From positions 78,590 through 142,589 of the forward strand of contig NMRA01000531.1 of the NCBI GenBank assembly GCA_002633005.1: DNA of 64,000 nt, read 5' to 3'. The notes below the pieces were generated by a model, which was not told the DNA's origin, searched no databases, and saw only the letters and a program-made list of their open reading frames with translations. Source of the DNA: Phoronis australis (Eukaryota; Animalia; Phoronida). The position numbers were made by a program, and so were the translations under genes. This document shows positions 39,501 through 53,683 of the stretch, in pieces (within the stretch, counting starts at the first letter, position 1; every line of letters starts with the position of its first letter).

Positions 39501-42255
39501 GGTGTCTTTGCTGCCAACATATACTACACAGAACTAACCACTAAGCCTTAATTATTTTCAATGAGTAATATGATGAGTTGTCCTGGAACACAAAAAGGTG
39601 ACTACAAAAGCGAATAGGCCTAACGCAAGGATCAGCAACTTTCGTGCTGGATAGCACCTCCAGTGAGCAGGTAGTGGATTAGTCCTATTAGTCGGTGGGC
39701 CAGAATATGTAGGGCCTTTAGAAAATGGTTTTTGTGAGTACTTTAGGGGGGGGGCAATTTTATTTTGGTGTTTTTTAATTCATTTATTAGAGTGTTTTCA
39801 AAATCGTAAAAGTTCCCACATATAAAGGTAGCACTGGGCCTTTGTTTAAATTGACTAGTTGTTCCAGATGAATTGAAGAGATAATTGAGAGACTATTTGC
39901 ATTACACCATAAATAGACTAGTGGCCCGGTCTGCCGCTTGAGTGAGATCCGTGATTAGGCTGTACTGACCACTTCCTTGGCCTTTATTCAGTTTCAATGG
40001 GCTATGGCCAGTTGTTGTCGAGCGTAATTTGAACCAGTGAAGACCTTATTAATGACGACAATGCCTTTTTTACAAAGTAGTACCTATATTTTAAACTGGT
40101 AGCGGGGATTTTTTAAACAGGACGCTGAATTTTTAAACAGGTCACGGGACATTTAAACAGGGCGCTCGCTCGGAAAACAGTACGCTGCAACACATGAAAA
40201 GGGGTCGTGGAGAACAATGGAATGGTACCCAGGTCAATATCTACATACGAAAACTGCTACCCGCCCGAAGTTGAAATGTATGGACAGTTCTTAATGCAGC
40301 CTCAGAACTTGAACTGGACGTTATTTTGCAACATTAGTCGAAGATTGCGGTTAAATTAATGAGGAATTGGAAAAATTCTAACATCGGCATGTATCCGTGT
40401 TTGCATTTTGCCGACTGGTGTTTTTGTCATAAAATTTTTTTGTTACTTTAAAAGTAATAAATAAGTTCTGGAAGCACGTAGCTCTTCATCAATGGATTTG
40501 AGAAAGTCCCGATGTCATCGAAATGCCGCTATCACACTCAAGAAGAATTTTGCTCCAAACCGGGTTTTTTTGATTATTTCCATTTCACAGAATCTAAGCA
40601 AAATTTTCCGATGAACCCTGAGCTGTGTTTGAACTGATGGCTTGATTTTGTCTTTATTGAGAAGAGAACCTAATAGTTGCATCTCATTGATGATGTCATA
40701 AATGTCGAGAAAATAGAATGTAATCGGAAGGTAGCCTATTGCTCGTTGGGTGTGGGAATCACACTTGGTCAAATTTGGATAATAAATAATCAATTTGTAT
40801 AAAAAGAACCAAAATGAGAATAAAAACAACCAAACAAAATAACAACGCATTTACGCTCAAGGTGATATCAATACGTTTTCAAGGACAACATGCCGGTCAT
40901 TCAGGATCGTTTTGGAACTGATGCACAGGAATTCAAGACACGGAAATAAACGAGAATAGTCAATGATTTTCTGATTTCGGCTGAGGTACAAAACTATGCT
41001 CAAAACGTTTTTGAACTTGATCGCCCTTGATCGACAGGTGGCAAAAGCGCAGTGTGTATGCTCTGACAAACTCTGACTGAAGTTCCAAGTCACTTTTCTT
41101 GAAACGGGATACTGTCGTCCTGATCAGCTGAATTCACGGTTTGAAAATGTATGCAGCAGTCACCGACAACAACACATGTGGACGCAACCAATTCAAAAGT
41201 TCTGCACCTTCCCAATTTCTGTGATTCTGAATGGCTACAAGGCAGGTTAAAGCGTCACCTCTCGATCAATAATGGTATACTAAGAGGGTATAAAAATCTG
41301 CTTTTTTACAAGAAATGTGCCACTAAAAACGTGAGGACTTTTCAAACATCAAATGTTTGAAGAAATGTCTAACAACACAGTAAAAATGAAGTTGTCCCGA
41401 CGTGGGATAAAATGACTGAAGTTGCGGCCCATAGCTTATTTGCCTGGCAAAGAGTTGAAGCGAATTTCTCTATTTGGGTTTCTCTCACCAAGCGAATGTA
41501 AATCCAAGCAGCATGCTGGTAAGGTGAACTACATGCTTGGCACTTACTTTCGGTAACCAATGAAAATTAATTATTGTATCACCGGACAAATTTCTTGCGC
41601 TTGATCATTGTAACTGTGTGTACTACATTTATACTGGTTGCTACAAACGTAGTCGGAGCACTTTCCTCACACTCTGTACGGCCCATGTCGAGCTATGAGC
41701 TGAGCTGTAGTTCACTTGAGGTAGACAGCTTAGCTCACAGATACTGCCACCATGCTTAAGGAACGCAGTCCAGCTTTCACCACTTGGATCAGTGCAAGAC
41801 TGCAGTGTTTTGTTTGCCAGGACAATGGATTACACAGTCAATAGACATAGACTGATCTAGTAATGATAGAACTCCCAAACTTTACTAGTGTTTTTCTGTT
41901 TTCAAAGGACAACTACAAGCATACAGAAGAATTTATACTGCAAATCTCAGAGTAGACCAAAATCAATTTCAGGAAGAACATCCTAATGTAAAACAAACAG
42001 TTCTATGCGAACGCATAGACTTTTATATTGCTTGAACTCCACATTACCTACAGCAGAACGCATGACCCATTAAACTAATCTCTGGACCAATCACCTTTGA
42101 CCTCTTGTTGTTAAACTCCTTAAGTGGAGTGTTAAAAATTCAAGAACTTACAGTAAACAATCATGATTTTTGACCTTTTATTGCTGCATACTTTACTATG
42201 TTTGAATAGACTTCATTGTAGTCAGTTATCTGGCAGAGTTTGCTCAGAGGGTTTT

Positions 42256-45036
42256 AACAAAACGAATGCAAAGTGTTGAAATGCGCACATGCCTGCACCG
42301 CAAACGCTATGCTTCTTTGGGTGTTAGAATCATAGCAATGGCCACTGGTGACCCATTTGTTAATAGGAAGCCCTCCTTGACTATAGTAGAAACCTATTTG
42401 GCAAATTACATGAAAATCCATCCAAAAACTCCACAGGTACAGAGACACACATAAAAATAGAATTGTTACTACGAGACACAGCGGTAGTCAGATCTGTCTG
42501 AAAGAAACTGCGATCACAGAAATACAATTGCCAAATTTTACAAAGCTCCTGCAAGGAGATTGAGACAGCAGTGGAAGCAAAACACAGGCAGGGAACAGCG
42601 AGACAAGTTGGCTTGTCACAAGGACTCGTGTCTGCTTGTATTCAAAACAATGGTTCAAAATAATGTCGGTAAGCTTGTTTTTTGTTATTTCATTGCTCAG
42701 GGTGGTGATACTTCATATACAGTTGACAGAGGGGTGGAGCCAAAAAACAGACTTGAATACAGTAAGAATGGCTTTTAGATGACGCAAAATTCCTCAAATC
42801 CATCAAAAAATGGTAGAATAGCTTCACTTCACCAATAGATGACTATATTCTAAATTTTATGAAACTCCATTGAGGACCTTTCAATATACAGAGGTAAATG
42901 TAAAAAACTGAAATTGCCACTAGGGGCACACTGGTGAAAAGATTCGTGCGAAAGTATTCATAGTCTGTTGTCAACATCATATAAAATACACTTGCTAAAC
43001 TTAGTAAAGATCCTGCAAACGGTTTTATCAGATACAGCCATGGGCACAAAGAACAAAACTGCCACTAGGAGGTGTTTCAGTAGTCATCGGAAAATCATCA
43101 TCAGCCATCTTTTTTCATAGTAAGAACATGCATGCCAATTTTCACAATCATCCTAACAGAGCAGTTTGTTTTTTGCTGTCCACCCCTCTTTTAACCAGAC
43201 ACTAAAACAGTGAAAATGGCCACTAGGTGGCGCAAAAAACCTTGAATCCATTCCAAAATGGTAGAATAGCGTCATCTCACTAATAGATGCCTATACTCCA
43301 AATTTTATGAAAATATATTGAGGACCTATGAAGATACAACGGTAAATATAACAAGAGCATCGCAGAGCGTTGAAATGCGCCCACAATTGCACCGTATACG
43401 GAATCCTTCTAGGGTTGTTTATTGGTACCATAAAGTGGCCAGTAGAGGGCATATATGTAGTATGTTGTACTTTGCAAAATTGAAAGGAATGGTCATTGTC
43501 TCCTCAATAGGCTAGGGGCAAAATGTGAGTGATCTTCATAATACAAGCACATCCTATACATCACTTGCTTAAAGCACCACAGAAACATAGAATTAAAAAC
43601 GAATTTACCAACATACGAGGTTAGCACAGCATTAGAATGCTAGAAACAAATTTCTACTTGGAACTTTTCCTTCATAGTCACGAAGTAACACAAAGTATAC
43701 ACCTGAAGACCTATGAAAATACAGAGGTCAATGTAAAATACTAAAATTGCCACTAGAGGCATACCGGTAGTCAGAATCATCCTAAAGTCGTCATCGTCCG
43801 TTGTCAACACATAAATATAAATACACTTAGTAAATTTAGTAAAGATCCTGCAAACGGTTTGGGAGATACAGCCATGGGCGCGAAAAAAAAATGCCACTAG
43901 GAGGCGCCACAGTAATCAAAGTCATGGGAAAATCATCGTCAACTGTCCTCTACATAGTAAGCACACATGCCAATTTCCACAATCATCATTTGAGCGGTTT
44001 GGTTGATAGAGGGGTGGACGCACAAAAAACAGACTCGAAAACACTAAAAATGGCCACTAGGTGGCGCAAACTATGTCGAATCCATCTGAAAACGGGAGGA
44101 TAGCGTCATCTCACTAATAGGTGCCTACATACCAAATTTCATGAAAATCCGTTCAGGACTTTTGAAGATACAAAGGTAAGCGTAAAAAACTAAAATTGCT
44201 ACTAGGGGGCACACCGGTAGTCGGATCCGTCCGAAAGTTCGCACATGCTGTCCCATTCATGAATGGAACATAAGTGCCATATTTCGTGAACGTATGTCAA
44301 AGGGTTTTGGAGATAAAGCAGCGGACGCCGGAAGGACGGATGGAGATGACGGCATAATGCGTCCACATATAAATATGTGGGCGCATAAAAAATTGAAATT
44401 GTTTCTATGGGATGCACCGGTAGTCCGATCCCTGCGAAAGAGGTTGTCATCCATAGTCAACATCATATTAATACGCTTGCTAAATTAGTAAAGATCCTGC
44501 GAACGGTTTAGAAGATACAGCCATGGGTGCAAAAAATACCACTAGGAGGTGCCACAGCAGTCGAAGTCGTTGGAAAATCATTGTCAGCCATCCTTTTCAG
44601 AGTAAGAACATACATGCCAATTTTCACAAACATCCTTCGAGCGGTTTGGTTAATTGAGGGGCGAATGGCAAAAGTCACTCGAAAACAGTAAAAATGGCCA
44701 CTAGGTAGTGCAAACTATGTCAAATCCATCCAAAAACGAGAGGATAGTGTCATCCCACTTATAGATGCCTATATTCCAAATTTTGTGAAAATATGTTGAG
44801 AACCTCCAAAGATACAGAGGTAAGCGTAAAAAACTAAAATTGACACTCCGTGGCACACCGGTGGTCAGAGAGGTCTGAAATTTGTCGTCATCCGTGTCAG
44901 CTTAATAGGAACACATCTGCCAAATCTCATCCAAGATCCTGTGAGGGTTTTTAAACCCTCAAGAGATACAGCTGCGGACGCCAGGCGCCCAGACAGAGAT
45001 GACGGCAATATGCGACCACATATGGGCGCATAAAAA
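42256..45036 (-). mobile_element. HINE/DINE-1-like element with a younger family member nested at 43350-44390
   Basis: Minus-strand 5' hairpin atgcgcccacatat..atatgtggacgcat followed by a GTCC-like microsatellite (ccatccgtccttccggcgtccg), a tandem array, and 3' subTIR + hairpin + CTCTTGTT. Both elements sit in T-runs with no TSD. Confidence 0.75.
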
Positions 45037-45244
45037 TGTACTGCTTATGGGTTTCTCATTTGCACTTAACTTTGTGATTCGTCCCAATGATATAAAAACA
45101 CGTACCGGTACTGTGTTATTAAGAAGTAGTGTCTTAACACATTTCAGTTCATGTGAGAAGACGGTGAAAGGAAAATGACAAATATTTTATCCCATATGCA
45201 TTGTGTCGATCAAGTGCAATGCGGCCATGTGATATTGTTTTTTG

Positions 45245-45923
45245 TATTCTCCTCCTGGGACTACTTTAACTGAGCCCTCTGGCCTCTTGAAGTCGCTAGC
45301 CAGTGCGATCATCAAACTCTCCCAAAATAGTTTAGAGTAGCAAAACTGCAGCAGTATAAAATTACACTCAACATTCATTCAGGTCCCAAACATAACATCT
45401 AGTACAAAACTGTTAATTCTGTGACACTTTGTCTTCATTTTATTTGGTAAATACCGTATTATACCCTCTGCAACTCGGGCACCGATTCCTTGGTTGTAAA
45501 CTACAATGTTAAATGTTGCTGTTTGATTATTTTCAGGAAATGCTACGAAAAAAATGAAAGAAACTTGCAAATTCAAAGCGTATGGGATAAATAAATTCAG
45601 TCAGATTTGCGCAACTTGAAACCAGTGCTGTGGAATCTGTTACGTATGTTCTGATCTGTAATTCACTGACCTCCATAGACATGGAGTTGTGACGGAATCT
45701 CTTTAGCTGTAACAAGTCGCCTTCTGGCTGCAGTGATACAATTTGTCGATCTGTAACTAGATCTGTAACTTTTGGTCTACCTGCACCCAGATGGTCCTTC
45801 ACATCATGGTCTTTTGCTGTACTTTCACAATTCTGCTGATGGTACTACCTCACACTGCATTTTAACACCTTCTAACAAACCAAGCGCTTTTCCATGTTGA
45901 ACAAGAGTCGGTGAGCAAACCAT
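45245..45923 (-). pseudogene. degenerate Tc1-family transposase fragment
   Basis: Across frameshifts: M...GKALGLLEG..QCEV..STISRIV..DVKDHLGAGRPKVT..TDRQIV (paired-like HTH plus GRPR-type motif); later GSVKVVPGG (GGSVMVWG-like). Confidence 0.7.
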
Positions 45924-46867
45924 GTTGTTGGTCAATACAAATTACACTTAACTGTTTTGAATCTGCTAACTTGGACCCCTAGTCCCCTGGTTGGTATCTT
46001 AATCCATTCACCATTTACAGCATGTATCCGCCATGACGGTGGTGGATACAGGCTGTGAATGGTAAATAGACAACTTTTCATATTAATGTGGAAACATTGA
46101 TTCATCCGAATAGACATTAGTGTTAAAGGAGAATGCCATCCAATTTAATTAGTCTTTTTTGCCATCTTAATCGGTCTGTATCCACATCACCTTGCATACG
46201 GTCGACCTTACCGTGCCGAGAGGTGTCGCGCTAACCTGTGAGGAAGGTGAGAAACGACGCAGCGACGTCAGTGGTTCATTTGCAGAGTTAATGCCACTGT
46301 GTTGCGGTGCATCGTTCCCGCTTGTCCAAACTATGCAGCTGCGAGGAAAGCGGGTATACATTTTTTTCGCCGTCCTCGAGAGAATTCGAAATGCTTAGGA
46401 AGTGGCTCGTGGTAGTGAAGAATTAAAAGTACGCTGCAAGTATGAGGCCGTGAAACATCTCCGTGTCTGTGGCCTGCAGTCGTCGCAAGACAGTGCCTGA
46501 TGAATGCCGGCTTACCAAATAACTATCCATACGTTCCGTTGTCTGAGCTTATTCACGGCGCCTCTCTAGTATTTCTTCATCACTGTATTCCTGTTCGAAC
46601 TGATAGCCTGTGAAACTTTACGATCCACCTGCGAAGTCTTTGTTGGGATGAGCTCTCGTCTGTCGGGATTGTGAGTTACCGTGTTGACGTTTATTACTGA
46701 GTGTTCTGTTTCAAAATGAATTATTCTCACCCTTATACCAATACTTATATAAAACTGAAACAAAGTCTGTCTGATTACATGCAATTTGGAATGCCTTTGG
46801 AGTGTTCGTGAGTGCAAATGATTTGAGAAGCCAGCAATGAATAAATCTCCGCGTGTTACCTGCTTAA

Positions 46868-48039
46868 AGGCGAAGGCAACCTTTTTCCATGTCATTTTGA
46901 GCTAAAATAAGGTTGGTTGGTTATCCTAGTCATATTTTCCACTTAATTACAGCTTTTCGTAATTTTATTAATTACTCGTNNNNNNNNNNNNNNNNNNNNN
47001 NNNNNNNNNNNNNNNNNNNNNNNNNNNNNNNNNNNNNNNNNNNNNNNNNNNNNNNNNNNNNNNNNNNNNNNNNNNNNNNNNNNNNNNNNNNNNNNNNNNN
47101 NNNNNNNNNNNNNNNNNNNNNNNNNNNNNNNNNNNNNNNNNNNNNNNNNNNNNNNNNNNNNNNNNNNNNNNNNNNNNNNNNNNNNNNNNNNNNNNNNNNN
47201 NNNNNNNNNNNNNNNNNNNNNNNNNNNNNNNNNNNNNNNNNNNNNNNNNNNNNNNNNNNNNNNNNNNNNNNNNNNNNNNNNNNNNNNNNNNNNNNNNNNN
47301 NNNNNNNNNNNNNNNNNNNNNNNNNNNNNNNNNNNNNNNNNNNNNNNNNNNNNNNNNNNNNNNNNNNNNNNNNNNNNNNNNNNNNNNNNNNNNNNNNNNN
47401 NNNNNNNNNNNNNNNNNNNNNNNNNNNNNNNNNNNNNNNNNNNNNNNNNNNNNNNNNNNNNNNNNNNNNNNNNNNNNNNNNNNNNNNNNNNNNNNNNNNN
47501 NNNNNNNNNNNNNNNNNNNGCGTTGTTTCGCAGGGACCTTCATCAGTTCAGCGTACAAATCCCTTTCGTAACCGGAGGGCAGAAAGTGCTTGCCACACAC
47601 ACGGTAATTCTCCACTGCTTTGTACGTTGCGTGGACGGGTAACGCTGTGTTCTTCACACGAACGAGCCAAGTACGGCGAAGTTTGTCGTCCATCGGAAAG
47701 CAATGCAAAGGTACTCCCAAAGCGCGCGTGAGCCGATAACTAGTACATTCCGGTACGCAGCAACAGTGTGGCATGTTGACTGACTAGTAAATGAAAGCAA
47801 ACGACGACGGAACTTAACACAACCGAGGTAGAACAATGCCTGACTCGGCAACTCTCACCGTCAGACTATATGAAAAGAAATTGGCACGAAATGCTTGCCT
47901 CCTAAAACGTCACTTCCGCAGTAGCGGACGAGTAATTAATAAAATTACGAAAAGCTGTAATTAAGTGGAAAATATGTCTAGGATAACCAACCAATCTTAT
48001 TTTAGCTCAAAATGACATGGAAAAAGGTTGCCTTCGCCT
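46868..48039 (-). mobile_element. young Kolobok with >=112-bp TIRs nested in another Kolobok; interior spans an assembly gap
   Basis: TTAA|AGGCGAAGGCAACC ... GGTTGCCTTCGCCT|TTAA; I count 2 mismatches between 46868-46979 and 47928-48039. Confidence 0.88.
47520..47774 (-). CDS. THAP zinc-finger domain, N-terminus of a putative Kolobok transposase (runs into the gap)
   Basis: MPHCCCVPEC...LHCFP...RRTW...YRVCGKHF: C2CH THAP signature with conserved P, W and F; open up to the N-gap. Confidence 0.85.
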
Positions 48040-48582
48040 TTAAGGTGCAATAAAACTAATTGACAGGACACCGAGGCCGTGTGAGCTCATGCTAATTTAG
48101 TGTTTGCTGACAGAAACTGTTGTGAAACAACTCGATTTCTATCCAACGGCCAGGTGTCAGGGGAATCTTTATTTACATTTACATTTACATTATTCAAATA
48201 ATGATTTTCAATGTAAAACTTCTGCCCTGACGGTTCTGTGGCCAAACTTCTGCCGTGACGGTTCTGTGGCCAAAGCGGAACCTGACTTCGCGGCCCCCGA
48301 CGAGTAAGATTTGCTTTTTCGTGGCTAATTCACCAACATAATCAAGTACACTTTACTTCTTTGGCTCACTAGAATTTCTTGACTGGAATTTAGTTTCCAA
48401 CTTTGAATGGTTTATGTTTGTGATGTCTGATTGGCTTCCGAACCACTGGCTGGGATAACGAGTCAGTCCCGCCGGCCGCGACAGGCCTCATGGGGTTCCG
48501 AGCCACTAGCCAGGATAACAATGTTTTTGTGTGTTTAGAACTCAAAAAAATAACAAGTCTAAACAACACAGATCTAATAATT

Positions 48583-50504
48583 TCGAAAAATGTAGCAACC
48601 ATTATATTTCATGTCATTGTTACATTTTACATTTTATGTTCCTAAGCCTTTCCTAAAATGTAACAACTTGTTACATTTTATGTTATTGTTACATTTTACT
48701 TTGAATGTGCATGGGATTATGTCACAAAGTAAATGACCAACAGGGTGCCACCAGAAAATTTGGATACCAACCCATCTAGAGAGTGGGCTCAGATAAACAA
48801 GTTACCCATTTAGAGAGTAATTCAGTGTTAATATTTACATTTCGCACAGTGCGATTAAAGAAATTCAGAAAAGGCACCCTTTTAGATAGCATTTTGTCCG
48901 AAATGGCACCATTTTGGAGAGTATTTTTTGCTGTGGAAAAACACTTTTGGGCGGCACTTTCGTATAAGACACGTCATGAATTTGGCTAATCATCATTATA
49001 ACCATTACTATTACTATAATTATTATTTATTGGATGCAGTGCAATATACACCACATTGGTTTTCTGAGTCAAATTTTGCACAAGTCAGATTTTTTAGATC
49101 AAATTTCTCGAAAACAGGCAAGTCAAACCTTGGGAACTTTTTAGATTCATAAAGTATAGTACTTAATGACCTTAAAAACAACAAAATTTTCTTGCCCCCA
49201 AAAAGCAGGCACAGAAGTGATTTTCTAGGCTCCTAGTGTCGAATGGACTATGTCCTAATAGTACCACTCATGGACCACACTCCTTCCACTAGTGTTAGTA
49301 TCAGCAATAATTGAAAAACACCTTACAAATGACAACTGGACCAAATATATGGCTCAAATCATAAAAACATATCCGTCAAATACTAACACGCAACCTAAAT
49401 GATACAGCAACCTCATTTGGCCAACAACGATCAATCAATCGTTGTTATGGTCAACATATTACTACCCCAAACACTGAAAACATTACCTCTGGCCGGGTCC
49501 TGACTGTGTTGTAATTTAGGCAATACAAGCAAATAAAATCGATAATAGTTATACCAAGTCTTGTATTAAAGATGCTATATCTCATGAAACTGTGCAAATG
49601 AAGCACTAGTTTACGTACAATACCAGTGTGCTGAAAACCATCTGAGAAAAAGTTACCATTACAATCTCGTGAAAGTCTCGTTTGCGCGTTTTATGTAAAT
49701 GAGTACGGTAATATGTCATCGATACCCTAATAAAACAAGGTACAGTTGTTATCATTTGTTCATTGTGACTATCAAATAATGATTGTATAATATTTGGAAT
49801 TGCTAGGGTTTTCTATATGTTCACACTTGTTTTTAAGTGTATCAGTTGTGTTTTCTTTAAACCACTTTTTATTTTCATTTGTTTCTTTTCCTGATTATGC
49901 TTGTACTCACAGCTCTCGGGGAAGTCACAAGGCGCTTGCTACAAATTTAAATAATCACAGTTTTAATGATACATAGAATCTTTAAGGATATTCTTTTATT
50001 AATTCAATAAAATTTTAACAATTATCTTTAATATAACATCTTGTTCTGATCATCTGCTCAGCCTAATGCCAGTCTAGTAGTACAAGTAGGTACCAGAAGG
50101 CCGTTTGTTTATTCGTTATTTCAAGTTAAATTTGTTCCGGATGTTGATTAATTTGTAATAGCTGCTCTTTTACATGGAATAAACACAAACTTTATGAGTT
50201 CAAAGTTCTTAATTCAGCAACCACATAAACAGATGCTGCCGCTTAGTACACTAAAGATCCATGTAAATGCGCGTCCTAAAAATAGTTCACGCCCCAACAT
50301 GTGTTTATGTGTGAACGGCTTTCCTCCGTGTGACAAATACTAAGCAAATTCATGAAATATGATGTTGCTTTCATAAAATATAATAATGGTACATACCAAA
50401 ATCACGAGTTGTAACATTTCAGGAGAGGCTTAGCAATGTAAAATGTAACAATGAAGTAAAAGGTAACAAATGTTGCATTTTACAAAATTCTTACATTTTT
50501 CAGT
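48583..50504. mobile_element. decayed inverted-repeat element with CACTG-type end (EnSpm/CACTA-like)
   Basis: 48585-48700 (cattgttacattttacatt..ctaagcct) is the reverse complement of 50405-50500; the right end reads ttacatttttCAGTG. Confidence 0.5.
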
Positions 50505-50913
50505 GTATCAATGCTGGCAAAAAAATGAAAGCACTTTCACAAACACAATCTTTCCAAGCGCTTTCCATATGAATGAAAGGCCCATTGCTGTGGTGGCAAA
50601 TGCACTGATTTCACAAACTAAACGGAACAATTGTGAACCAAAGGAAAAATATCGAAGAAAAGTGTTTGTAAATTAAAGTTTGGGAGTGAGCACAAACTTT
50701 GAAAAGAATTTAGGGGGAATTATTGTCCCACTCGCATTGCCAACTCTAGATTTTTCCAGGTCTCCAACCACAGTTTGAGGGTGAGTGCTGAGACGGATGT
50801 TAGCGTAATCCTAATGATATAAACGTTTTGTCTTTCATTTGCAAGCAGAAGTCATAAACTTGGAAGGTAGTCCCTGGGTTGCATTTTTTATCCATTCAAG
50901 TGTTTTGAACATA

Positions 50914-53683
50914 CCGTATTCGCCGTAATAACCGCCCAATAAGGGCCCCCACGCGTTTTCAGACTTTGCTGAAATAAGCGCCCAGTCCATGAACGTGTAC
51001 ATGTGAACAATGACGTACCTTCAGTCCTAAAACTTGGCTACAGTAACGTCTTCAATTTATCAAAAAAGTTTTGCACGGGTCTTCTAGACCACCAGCGGCA
51101 CTGTTACGTTTGTATTTAGCCGTGACTATACACTTCAAAGTAACACAGCGCATCAAAAAGAGCGCAACAGCGTTGCTACTTTCGCAACGACTGTGTCGCA
51201 CTATGGTCTGACCTTTCAATAGACACTTCATAGATTATGACACATCGACTGTCTCATGAATAAAAATAACTCGGTGTTGAACGCACGTGGCCAGAAAGCA
51301 TATAATGAACCTACATTAGTCGGGAACTATCCATTCATGAAACGGGTAGCATAGCATCGGTAAAAAATGAATATTGGCCCTAATTTCCGACAATTTCTAA
51401 TACTATAAAACATGTTTGCGTAATTTTTTAGATGGATTGTTTGATTAACCATGATTGGTGTTTTTAAGCCGAATATCCGATAAAATGACAACTGACAGCG
51501 AATGCTTACGCACTCTTACACCGAAAAATAACTGTCAGACAGTTACGTACGCATCCAGCTACACGGCGACTAATGGGCCTTATCGAAACAAATGTCGAAC
51601 GTTTTTAGCTTGAGACCGGCAAGTGCTGAATGAAACACGCTCTGGTTTAGGCCTACTGCTTGTGCAAATTTCTTTAGACACAATGCATCTAGCTCGTTAG
51701 ATTGCGTGGCTCTGGCCAAAAGACGGTCTCTGCTTTGGCAAATGAACTCTGGTTACACGCACGCGCTCGCTTACTCGCAGACCAACTTCAAAACAAACGT
51801 CACGTGACAACAACATGTGTGTGCTCGCCGTGTTGTCGATCATACATGTAGATGGCACGATGTTGCACAGATTTGTAGTTAAACCTGCCGTTAATCCAGA
51901 CTCCACGGGAACTTAAAAAAGTCATAGGGACGCTACTTAGAAAACTTAGTGAGGATTTCAGGTAATTTGCTTGAGTCGAAACTATTTTTATTCAAGCATT
52001 GAAGTCGCCATATCGAAGACAGCGATTTTGAGGCAGTCAGTCGGCGAGTTTTCACCCTGGGATTTCAGCACAATTTTCTGTAAAATGATCATAATTTAGC
52101 AGCAAAGTTCGATAGCAATGCACCAGTTTTGTTGAAAGTCTTTCATAGATTACAGATACGTCAGAGAACGTACATTTGATGAATCTTAGCTTCCGATTTC
52201 ACCCGTTTCAGAGACCGGGGCCCGGTCTCCAATCTCCGTACTCAGACTCGAAGAATGCTCAAACTCACACTTCATACTCAACTCGAGTACAGACTCAGCT
52301 TTGGTGTATTCAATGTCATACTCGAAAAATCTGTACTCGAAATTTCGAGCACGTACTCAGTTTTCGAGTGTACTCGAACTGAAGTGTATCTCATCTATAT
52401 TTCGAGTACGATTTTGAGTAAAAATTCGGAGTCTATGCTCAAATTTCAAGTTTGGTATGGCAGTGTGCTTGAAATCGTACTCGAAAATAAATACGAGCCA
52501 GAGAACAAAATATCGAAAGGGAACCAAGAAACACAGCAAATCTAAAAAAATAAGTCCTCTTACCGTATCTCAGCACTTCAATTTCAGTTCAGAGATAATA
52601 GTTTTCATCTTAAATCTTCTTATTCTTCACCTTATTAACCCGCCGTATCACTGTATGTTATGGCCGCCATTCTACCTCTACAATTCCTGGCAACAGGCGC
52701 ATTGTAATCCCTTGTCGGCGAGTCATAACAAGCGTCGAAAGCAGTTGTGGGAAAAGTCGTGTGAGAAGTTTGTGCTGCCCTTATTTCGGTATGTGTGCCT
52801 ACGTTTTGTAGGGTTTCCAAAAGACGAGGAGGGGAGGGAAGTTAAAAAAAGTTCGCTTCCCTGTCAGGTACATTTCTCATCATAACTTAGTCATCTATAA
52901 TTCCTCAATCCCCAAATGGAATTCCAGATTTTGTTTGCCGATTTCTAAGTAGATGTCTCGTCCCGTTCACTGCCACTGGTGAACTCTGAATGCCTGCACA
53001 AGTATTGTTTTTTAACTCACGTGCCAAATGTCAACTCACTTGATACATTCCGTACAGTATCAAAGTTTGACATCAGCGTAGGCCTACACAGCAATGGGTT
53101 TTATGTCAAGACTAAATTAGCAACAGAGATGTGATGTGATAAGCTGTTACAAATTTCTTAAGACATTTTCGGGACTGGGTGAGGAACTCAAGAAGTAAAG
53201 CTTAATAATTGCCAAATGTATCAAAGAAATGGCATAAGAATATTTATTGAAACTAAAAAATGAATAACAGTTACAGAACACTCAGAATTCTACATTATAG
53301 ACATACTCTTGTAGTTGTAGCGACAGCAGGCGATAATGTAGGCCTAGTTCTTGGGGTGGTCTATTCCAGTAGGGAAAGATGAATCAGCGCGGCTTTGCGT
53401 GATTTTGCATTTCACATCATAAAGAGTTCCATAGCAACTCGAGTATGAGTGTCAGATTTGAGTACGTTTGGAGTCTGCTCGAAATACGACATTAGATACG
53501 CTTTTTCGAGTACGACTCCAGTGAGCACGATTTTGAGTATGAAATCTCGAGTATGAGTATGAGTCTGAGTACGGAGATTGGAGACTGGGCCCGGGTTTCA
53601 ACCGCCTTGGGTTATAACTGAATAAGCCCCCCGTTGAACCGAACTTTTCTAAGCGCCCTGGGCGGTTATTACGGCGAATATGG
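50914..53683. mobile_element. Tc1/mariner (Tc2/pogo-like) non-autonomous element ending ~90 bp upstream of the gene B acceptor
   Basis: TA|CCGTATTCGCCGTAATAACCGCCC ... GGGCGGTTATTACGGCGAATATGG|TA. Confidence 0.85.
52219..53591. mobile_element. Harbinger-like non-autonomous element (CGG TSD), nested
   Basis: CGG|GGCCCGGTCTCCAATCTCCGTACTCAGACTC ... GAGTCTGAGTACGGAGATTGGAGACTGGGCC|CGG. Confidence 0.82.

Larger units (their letters stand above)
46127..48575. mobile_element. second copy of the Kolobok at 16204-18056, right end lost
   Basis: TTAA|AGGAGAATGCCATCC; colinear with 16204-17620 on both sides of the nested element. Confidence 0.8.

Noticed and set aside
40515-41093. Minus-strand ORFs vaguely resembling a hAT transposase, near short ttttaaacagg repeats at 40090-40160
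   Set aside because: No ordered diagnostic motifs or termini that I could confirm by eye.
52628-53591. Apparent inversion linking the gene A intron to the gene B upstream region
   Set aside because: Both are copies of one TIR-bounded Harbinger-like element, not a gene-level rearrangement.
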